The position numbers were made by a program, and so were the translations under genes. Shown here one piece after another: positions 14,985-24,695 of a stretch of 64,000 nt of DNA. The DNA is from Selaginella moellendorffii. Taxonomy: Eukaryota > Plantae > Lycopodiophyta. The notes below the pieces were generated by a model. That model was given only the letters and a program-made list of their open reading frames with translations, searched no databases and had not been told where the DNA came from. The DNA lies in NCBI RefSeq assembly GCF_000143415.4, contig NW_003314285.1, positions 145,102-209,101 on the forward strand, read 5' to 3'. Positions within the stretch are counted from its first letter, which is position 1, and every line of letters begins with the position of its first letter.

Positions 14985-15450
14985 CTCAAACTTGGATTCG
15001 GACTCGGACTCAAACTTGAGCTTGGGCTCGGTCTCAGCCTCAGCCTCGGTCTTAGTCTTGGTCTCGGTCTCGATCTCGGTCTCGGTCCCGATCTCAGTCT
15101 CGACTTTGGACTCCATCTCAGACTTCATCTTGGGTCCATCTCGGACTCCATCTTGGGTCCATCTCGGACTCCATCTCGGGTCCTTCTTAGACTCCATCTT
15201 GGATTCCATCTCGGACTCCATCTCAGTCCATCTCGGACTCCATCTCGGACTCCATCTCGGGTCCATCTCAGACTCCATCTCGGATTCCATCTTAGGTCTA
15301 TCTTGGACTCCATCTCAGGTCCATCTCGGACTCCATCTCGAACTCCATCTCGGTCCAACTCGGACTCCATCTCAGACTCCATCTGAGGTTCATCTCGGAC
15401 TCCATCTTGGACTCATCTTTGGTCCCATCTCGGGTCCATCTCGGACTCCA
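14985..15450. repeat. Tandem 6-mer/12-mer array (CTCGGT, CTCGGACTCCAT) inside LTR B1
   Basis: Visible periodicity; produces spurious SDSI/MESE ORFs. Confidence 0.9.
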
Positions 15451-16074
15451 CCATGTGTCATATGTTAGTCCTCTTGTGTCCCTTTTCTAGAGACTCTCTT
15501 ATTGCTCACTTCATGCTCGTTCCTTGAGCACTCTGTTGGGAGTTACATTCCCGCTTTTGACCTTTCAAGTTGGATGTAAGCGACTAAATTTTCCATTCTA
15601 CTTTAGTCACTTAACCACACCTTTGACCACTTGGAGGAGTCTCATTCACAACCTTCTTAAGTCCAATTCAGGACTTGGGACTTGCTAGCCCGAGGATGGC
15701 ATCCATGTCAGTCATCCCTTGCACTTAGTCCAAGTGCTCCATGTGTCTAGTCCCAAGACCGACACCCAAAGGTACCACTGACATATTGGCCCGTTACACT
15801 AAGGCCATGCCCATTCATCTTTGCCGCACTAGTGGTTCAATACCACTTGCATCACAATCCCATCTCTCCAACACTGGGCCATCCGTCCACGAGTGGTCAA
15901 CCCAGATCCACTCCTTAGCATCCTTAGAATGCCTACAGACATGGGGAATAGCCTTCCCCAATATCCCTTTGTCAGTTCCTACCAAGTCCCTTTTCTGTCC
16001 ATGGCCATGTTTGCTGACACCGCCACTAGATCAAGGCCCACAAGCCTGACCACTAAGTCCCATGGTCCTGTGAA

Positions 16075-16096
16075 GCTCTATTTTGTTAAAGTGGGA
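16075..16096 (+). repeat. Left subterminal inverted repeat
   Basis: 22 bp; 21/22 match to the reverse complement of 29129-29150. Confidence 0.92.
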
Positions 16097-16514
16097 ATTG
16101 TCATTATCCCACTTGTAAAATAAGGTTTCCAAACCTTTATATAGTATATAAATATAACAAAATTCAACTGCATTGAGGCACATGCCATTTTATTTTAAAC
16201 AAGGAAATGTCTACTCAATCACTTCTCCTCCCCCTGCCACTGCTTCACCTCTCTCTTCTCCTTGTCATCGTCGTCCAATTTCTTTCCATCCTTTTAATAT
16301 TGGCTCAGTTGCTCCGAGTCTAGGTGGAGCCCAAGTCCCCATTCAATCTTTACTTTCCCCTTATTAATAAAACAACTTCATAGACTTCCAATAACATGCT
16401 GTAACACTTCTAGTATAATGCAAATCCTCTCAAAGAATTGTCTTTTAATATTAATACAATGGCATGGAACCCCATGCCATAATAAGTTACATTTTTAAAT
16501 AAATACATGCCATC

Positions 16515-17375
16515 TCAGACTGTTATTTTTTGCCTCCAACGCCTATACAATAATCTTGGAATTTCATCACTCTCCACACTATCAGGATTTAAACCCAATA
16601 GTAATGCCATCTCTTCTCTAATACATCCACGCTCATGTTCAGTGGTCGAAGAACCCATCCGGTTGAGCAGATTATGGAGATGCAGATAGTGCTTGGCTAG
16701 ACAATATACATGCCATAAATGATGACTGGTGTCTGTTCGATCAAATAGCTTCTGATATACCGTTCCATCTGCCATTTGGTTGATTTCTGCAGCCACCTCC
16801 TGGACTGGCCGATTCTCTATCACCATCGCTCCAAGCCATTTTGCAAGGTCCCCCAGAACATACGGTTTCTTCTCCCTAGTTTCCATACTGCAAGATATGG
16901 GGTGCACTACATATGTGTGCATGTTCGCTGCAGTTTTAATCGGCGAGTCATCGATGATGAGGATTTCACTTGACCTAGCAGTCCGGTTCATCACTACAGC
17001 CTCTGGCTTGACGAAGATGGGCTTGCTACCCCTCACATGGACCATAGTCAAGCAATCCTCCTGCGTTAGGAGAAAGTCAAATGGTAATATTACTCACGTC
17101 TGATCGTGCATCATCTGTAGCAACGTTAATGCATTGTGGCGCATCATGGATGTCCAAACTCCCAATTGCAAATTGAACCCGGCCCTCTATTTTAAGTGTC
17201 GCATGGTCATTATTAGATCCCGCAGTTTCTCCCGTGTGATTAATGTGAATCTGTCTCTTTTGACCAACTTGCGACCGCAGGCTTTGGAGGGTGCAGTGAC
17301 ATTCAAGGACGAGCCACACTCATGGGAGAAAAGGACACCATTCAGATCAAAAACGATACAGTACCTTCGCCGTGA
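16515..17375 (-). pseudogene. FCP1/NIF-like HAD-superfamily phosphatase domain
   Basis: One frame, read through two stops: CIVFDLNGVLF ... LGVWTSMMRHNA ... FLLTQEDC ... KPIFVKP ... ILIIDDSPIK, i.e. HAD motifs I-IV of FCP1-homology proteins. Confidence 0.8.
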
Positions 17376-20300
17376 CTCTGAAATGAAATGCGTCAGCATA
17401 AAAAATGGTACAAGTCAATTTTACCATCTACAATATTAGCAAATGGTGCTCCCGATGGTTGTTGAGAGGGTTTTGGTCGAGGAAACGTGAAGGGCGGAAA
17501 TACTCTCCTCTGCAATGTGGGGTCAATCACATCCGATGGCGTGTGGGCACATGCCATTTCAGCTGTAGACTCTGGTACAACTGGCTCAACAGTGGCATGG
17601 GGTGGTTCCGATGGCGTGTGATCACACGCCATTTCAGCTGGTGCCTCCGTTGGCAAAGTGGACATGACCGAACAGGCAGCAGGGGCAGTGTAGGGAGGTT
17701 CCAACGGCGCGTAGTTAGACGATTGGGCACACGTTGAGTCCGTTGGAAATGAGGATACGACCGGCTCGGCGGCTGGGGCGGCCTCATGCGGGTCCAATGG
17801 CGCCTGGTCACCGTCAGTTGGATACGTGGACAAGATTGACTCAGTGGTATGGGCAGCATCAAGTGGAGCATGGTTAGCTTGCTTGGCGTTGATATGGATA
17901 GTAGCCTCCACCAGCTCTGATGACTCTTGCAGGCAAGTAGAGTCCACTGGCGGATCCATATGCATGTCCAAATATCTCCCTTCGATTGAGATGGTATCCT
18001 CCCTACTGGCTACTAAAAACAAACTCATTAGCACATTGAATCGACTATACTGTATTTACCATCAACTGCTATTGAGGAACTAGGACCGATATCACTTGGG
18101 CGCACTGCTGATTCTGAAGGATTGGACATACGTTTCAACCCTTGCTTGGCACTATCCTTCTTCGACACTAAAGGCTAGAGTTTGTATCTTAATTCAACTG
18201 AATAATCTCTACTTACCATTTGCTCTGCGACCTACATGGACAATGTTAGAAATGGTAAAATGTTAGGAATGGATGTACTATTATTTACCTGATGGTTTGT
18301 CTTGTATGACCTTCCTCCGCTGCTCTTTGGCCACCTCAGGCTGGCCATTGTCGTCATCATCGTCGTCGTCATTATTGTGATCGTCACCATTGTGAGGACC
18401 ATCCAAGTCCTCTTCGTCCTCCTCTTCTTCGTCCTCCTCTTCTTTGTCCTCCTCTTCGTCCTTCTGCTCTTCCTGCTCATTATCTTTCTCTGGCTCCTCA
18501 TCCCCCTCCTACATTTCTTCCATAGGCTGCTCAGGCTGGATGGCTTGTTCTTCCAGGACCATCTTGGGAAAGTCATCTGGCCGAGTCTCCATCTCAAAAT
18601 ACAAGACATCCATAGCCTGTTTTAGTGCGTGACCTAGGACCGTATCCTCACCCGACTGTCTTAACATGGTTCTGCACGTTCTTGCACCCTTCGAAGACGA
18701 CAAGATAAGAAAAACGTGGCCCTGACTTGAAAAGCATCCCTCATCCATTGTACCTCTCCATTGAGATTGGGGAAGGGGAGTCCGCCATAGGAATCTGAGT
18801 CAGGAGGTGGTGACTGGCTGCTTTCACTCAGCCCTTGATCTGCAATGAATGGCATGAGCACACACGCCATAACCGCGAGGCATTACCTATCATCTTTTCG
18901 TTGCCCTTCTTCCTTTTCGAATCAAACGCCTCTAATCCCGACGACTGTCCAACGTGCTTTCGCTTTTTATGACCACTGTCAGTTTGAGCTTGGCTGGTGC
19001 TTGCCTGTTTTGCCTTTGAAGAAGTGTCTCCTGCAAGGAATGGCATGAGACCACACGCCATTGCAAATATAATTTATACCTCCTTTTTTCCTATTGCTTG
19101 TCTGTTTGTCCTTCTTCGACGCAACACCAGTGCGCTTTTCAGTCCTCGTGTCTGAATATTCACAACGATCTATAATCAAAATGGCGTGAGGCCTCACGTG
19201 ACCTTACCTTGTGCAGGTTGTGAGCTCGGACCAACATGGGTATCTTCAACAGTAGCTGTTAACACTGTTTCAGCATCTGGGGGTGGCCACGCTCCTGCAT
19301 ACAGAGCTTGTGAGATAACATTTAAACTTAAAGTGCGTACTCACCAGGTTCGTAGAGAAGATACTGTTTTTCTTTGGCAACTGTAATTATATGCTCCATT
19401 GAAGTCACCTCTTCAATGGAGTTTGTCACCGCAACACACGGGACACCCTTGAGTAGTGCGGCTCGAAAGAATAGTCCACCGCAGTTGTACTCGACAACGC
19501 ATTTGCCCTTGGAGTCAGAAGCAGGTGACCCACCCGCTATTGTGTTGAAGACCTAGCTGAGCATTTCCCATGCTGCACCTGGAGCTTTCTCTGGATTCGA
19601 AAGCTCCATAGCCGTCTTCAGTTCCTCAGGCACGGGTAAATTGACCTCCCTCAGATCAATTCGATCGGCCTTGTCGAACGAAGCTGGGAAGTCACTCCAG
19701 TCCCACTCTGCTACAGGACCAATAACAAGGGTGAGTGTGAAGATGCGGACATTTGTCGGTATCTTCTTCTTAGCCATTATCCCATGGATCTCCCGCATCT
19801 CCTTGCCTTTCAACCGAGCCTTCACCTCGTTCAAGGCCTTCTAAAACTTGTGATAGGATTCAGAGTCGTAGATCATATAGTGGACTAAAGATTCCACCTC
19901 CGCAAGTCCCACCATTAAGTCAATGATGGAGCTGACTTCGTCTGCATGAGTGATCTCCTCGTTTGTGAAGTCCATCACACAAAAGATGTTCTTGACCTGC
20001 TCATCTCCGCGGGAAATGATGCTTCTCCACCTTTGATCCTCATCCGAATTCACGTATACCTGGTAAGGTTCTCGATAGGCCTCTGCTGTGGGGTCGAGTT
20101 GTTTCTGAAGCCGGCGGTCGACATCTCTCTTAATGAAATTTGGATACTGATCCAACTTCTCAGCTTTACTTTTCGTGGCATCCCGCAGTAGATTGATGAA
20201 CTTGGGGGCCCCCTTCACGTACTCGTCGATGTCTTCATTTGACAACTCCAGCTCTTCCATCATCTCTTGCGTAGTGTCGATGCTCACCCTCTCCACGGCC

Positions 20301-20849
20301 ACTTGCTCGAAGATCCAATCCTTCAATAGCGCACGAGCTCTCAGAGTTGTGCACAAGTCCTCGTATGTCACAATATGGCCGGGAGTCATTTTGGTCTTGT
20401 TGAAGACTACCTCACCACGTAGAAGAGCATTAGCCACTGTCAGAAGGTCGTCATCGTCTAGAGACCGCGAGAAACGCAAGGCGTTGAGCTTCAAATCATT
20501 GGGCTTCCGGCCGTCCTCCACACCCATTGAGTTTAGCAACTCCCCGTCATGGTACCTCCTCAGCACATCTACCCATTTGTCAAAAACAACTTTTGTCGTG
20601 AGTAGAATGTTATGGATGCTGAGTGTGTCATTGACCCCCAGTGTTTTCGAGAGAAGACTCGAGAATTCCTGCAATGGAAATGGCGTGAGGCCACATGCTA
20701 TGCCACATGCAACGAGGCTTACCTGCCAGGCGCTAGTTGCTAGTGCACGTCCTTGTCCTGGTTTTTGTGGCTTCTTCAGTTGAACCTAGAGCTTCTGTGT
20801 TTGTGCCAATGTCTCGTGTAGACCCGATTTGTAGCATGTTTCTTGCTTG

Positions 20850-21245
20850 ACATTCTGTGCATGGGAGATGTATATGATAGATCGGAGGGGCGAGTTGCCT
20901 TTTATCAGGCGGACAACTCTTGTCTTGAAGACTTTCTTCAGCTCCTCGCCCACCATAATATCCACAACTATCTCTTGCATCACCAAGCTAGAATGCTGCC
21001 CGGAGATGGCATAGAACCGGATGTTCTGATCGTCCAACACCTTCCTATTGATCAAGTCTGGAAACCTCGTCTTGCCCTTCATTGTTCGGTAGTAGGGGAT
21101 CACGTCTGCGATGTCGGGTGTTACTAGACTTGCCAGCATCTTCTGCTTCAGTTTCTCCACCCACTCATCAGATACTAGCCTGTGGTTGTATTTGCTTTGG
21201 ATGTCGATACGGCTCACGTCGATTGTATATACTTTGTTGGAATAG
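20850..21245 (-). other. ParB/Srx N-terminal-like domain
   Basis: VYTIDVSRIDI..YNHRLVSDEWVEKLKQKM ... FYAISGQHSSLVMQEI follows the ParB-N pattern (I.i..I, R....l..L, y.ii.GxHR). Recognised by eye. Confidence 0.6.
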
Positions 21246-24200
21246 TAACAAGTACTATTATCTGCGACGATTTTTGCTGCCTCTTCTTGCTCTTTCTGCT
21301 CTTTGCGGCTCTTCTTTTTGGTGGGTGTAGTGTTCGAACCCGAGGCAATGGCATCACCAAGTAGCTTCTTTTTTGGAGTAGGAGAGTCGGACGTCAGCTT
21401 GAGCTTGACCACCCTTTTCTGCTTCGGGGTAGTTTCCAGATCGACCCCCTTCCCCTTCGCTTCGCGAACTGGAGGCACTCTCAACGGCTCAATGTTGGAA
21501 TATAGTTTTTGAACATCGCCGTAGGTGAGGTCCGTGGATTCCATGTGATCTTCATAGACCCGCAGCGTCTTTGAAATTGTGGGCCTCTTGGACAACCTCT
21601 CCCTAGCTCCCTCTAGGAATTCCTCATAGCCGCTGCCCCCCTCCGGGAAGCCGCTAGGATGTGCAAGGTGGATCTTGAAGGCGAACGCTGTCTCTACCAC
21701 AAGTGCCAGTCCATATTCTTGCATGGAACTGCATGGAGTGTCTGTCACTTGGATGAGGATCCCCATGCATTCTTTTCTCCCACCATCTGTGTTGTACAGC
21801 CTTAGATCCTCGCCTTCCATCCCAAAGTTCCAACTAGTGAGCTCCTCCCCCTTCTCTGCATCCATATTGACAGTGGCTGGAAGAAGAACGCAATTCCTCG
21901 CCTGTTCAGAAATGCACAACAATTAGAGCTGACAGATGAAAAACTAGCAGCTGGAAATAACGTGAGGCCATACGCTATTCACCACTGCATCAGATGTCTT
22001 GAGGCTGCATCCTAAGATGGCGTGAGGCTACATGCCATCTGTAACCGGACTGCACTCGAGAGCCCAATCGGTGCATGCCAATGTTGCTACTGAATGGCAT
22101 GTGGCCTCATGCCATTTTCTACTTGGCCTAAAAGACTTACCATTTGAAGCCAAATGGAGGCGTGACAATCGAGGCCGGACTCACTGGCGAATGTGCACTG
22201 TGTGTGCAGCGGATCGTAGCAGCAAGGCTACTCTGCCACTTACAGTTGGAGAGTGGTGCTGAAATCTCCCGGGATGCCAAGTGGGCTGCGTGTGGGTGGC
22301 AGAGTGGGCGGCAAAGTTGGCGGTGAAGTTACAAACTGGGTGTGTCTTGAAGTGGACACCGATGCACACGAGCGCGATGCGAGCGCGAGTGTGATGCAAG
22401 CGCGAGTGGACGCCGATGCACACGAGAAACCTGTAGAGAAGGTAGATGAGCGCGAATGTGAGCGTGATCGCGAGTGGGAGCGCGATGCGAGCGCGAGTAC
22501 GAAGCAAAATGCAAAACCTAACCTCACACGTGCGAAATGTCACGACGGTTGGTAATCCCGCAACGTCATCATTCCTCGGACTTGGGCGCCACCATTAATT
22601 TCTGGATCGCCGCGCGCATGCATGCACGTGAAATCCAAAAGAAATCCGCAACGTCATCATTCCTCGGACTGCATGCACGCGAAATCCAAAAGAAAGATCA
22701 TGATTGGGATATCATTTAATACCCTCGCTATATTTATACCATGCATGATTGGATATTCCAAAGCATCTTGTATTTCCAAAAATGCCAGATGTTCAAGTAA
22801 ATAAAGAATGGTATACAATGTCCTTCTTGATGACCCTGCAAAGAAGCATCTCGATCGGACACCACATGAGACCACACAAGCCTTACAATGTTTCAGGGGC
22901 ATTTGCCATAGATCCGACCGTTATTTTGCTCCAAGATTCTACAGTTTGGTGTGCATTGACCTTTCCATTGACACTGCAAAGGGACATCACAATCAGATGC
23001 GGGATCACAAGAAACCAACTTCACTAACTCTGGTTTCACGAAGATCTACGTAAAAAGTTATGAAATGAAAGGACCCTCTCTATTGAAATGTGTTTATGGT
23101 CCTAGGGGCATTGTGATATATCAAAGGATTTTGCATCAAGTTCTGTATTTGCATGTTTATCAAGCTACTGAATTGCTAAACCCTAAACCCTAAACATGTG
23201 GCAAATGCTGCGTGAAGAAAGATGCCCTTTCTGGGCAAATGCTGTAAGAGGCAGATGCCGAGCAGATGTATCTCAGGCTAGCGAAGGGGACAAACGAAAG
23301 CTAGCTATAAACATGACGGGATGCAAATAGATTACTAGGCTAGTCCTACGAAAATCAAAAACCATAATTGAAAACATTGAAAATGCAAAAAGAAAGGTTT
23401 ATAATATTTTTTAATTTTAATCAACCAAAGGAATGTAAGTAGGGCATGTGTTTGTAAGTTTAAAAATGCCTCAACCACTTAAATTCCCAAGTAAATAAAG
23501 CTGTTTCTATTTTTGGTACAGGTAAACTTTATAGCGTGTGGGCTCATGCAATTTTGAACCCAAAAATGCACCAAAAAATGCTCGACTAGCATTATTCTTT
23601 GAATGGCATGTGGCTTTATATTGCCATAAATGGACGTACACACACAGCATAACTATTCCTTTACACGGCGAATAATCTTGGCGCGGATCGCTGACATGGC
23701 ATGGCAAAGTTCGAATCACTGACATGGCACAGCTGGATCAAGGCAAGGACATGATGTGACAAAGTTCAACCTCCGACAGCAAAGTCTAGAAGCTACTCAG
23801 TTTGAAATTTGTCAGAGGAATCATAAGATCTGGTTTGTCAGAGGATTTGATGTGACGTTCAAGCATGTGTTATTTTTGAATTCTCGAACTCATTCCTAGG
23901 TCTATCATTTTTGTGCGCCGTGTTCTTGGTTCCGCTGAGCGCAATGAGCACTGCTTGTGTAAGCGGCGTTGTGAGCTGTGGTTTATGCGTCTACGAGCGG
24001 TTGTGGCATTGCGAGCGCCATTGCGAGCGGCAATTTATGCGAGTGGCAATTTGTGCGAGCGGCGCTACGAGCAGTTGCGGTGTTGCAAGCGGCTCTACGA
24101 GTAGTTGCGGTGTTGCAAGCGGCACTGTCTTTGGTGTGGCTACCGCTTCCTCTTGATATTCGGCACTTGTGCTTCCTGGTATGTTCACCATGGAATGGCT

Positions 24201-24315
24201 TAGGACCACATTTAGAAATGGCATTAGGCCACATGCCATCTTGGGCCCTTGCAATTTCATGGCTAGCGTATTGTCATGTATGTTTTTACTTGCCTGCAGC
24301 TGTGTGTATATCAAG

Positions 24316-24507
24316 ATGGCATGAGGCCTTATGCCATCTTTGGCCCCTGCTAGCCTATTGCCATATTCCTTTTGCCTTGCTGCAACTATATATATTTTTG
24401 TATGGGTGACTAGTCACGCACACAAAAATATATACAGTTGCAGCAAGGTAAAAGGAATATAGCAACAGGCTAGCAGGGGCCAAAGATAGCATGAGGCTTC
24501 ATGCCAT
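24316..24507. repeat. 192-bp near-perfect loopless palindrome upstream of the transposase
   Basis: Two 96-bp arms centred on GTGACT|AGTCAC (24406-24417), with only scattered mismatches. Confidence 0.92.
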
Positions 24508-24695
24508 TAGTGGTACCACTAATGGCATCAGGGCTCATGCCAATTTTGTGAATGCGAAATTTCACGTGGGTGTCAATAGCATGTTTGAATAATGGCATGT
24601 GGCCTCATGCTATTGAGGTTGTTTGGTATGTTATGATTTAGGCCATTCTCCAATCATTTTTTGTATGGTCTTAACTTCTTTTCTGCACTTTCAGA

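Larger units (their letters stand above)
16515..21922 (-). pseudogene. Transposon-borne multi-exon gene: ParB-like domain, degenerate DNA amino-methyltransferase-like fold, acidic linker and FCP1-like HAD phosphatase domain (5' exons probably extend to ~22260)
   Basis: ORF fragments 20786-21922, 19841-20674 and 19553-19834 join in frame across TAG stops and a GT-AG intron (20669-20722). Phase-consistent introns lie at 19170-19207, 19031-19079 and 18840-18886. The 3' part has the FCP1 motifs FDLNGVL, GVWTS, FVKP and IIDDSP. A single transcript is inferred, not proven. Confidence 0.65.

Noticed and set aside
14874-15468. Long SDSI/MESE/LGLH-repeat ORFs (also 9813-10124, 29382-30382, 31139-31613, 32874-33212)
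   Set aside because: They are translations of non-coding 6/12-mer tandem arrays inside LTRs and are open in several frames.
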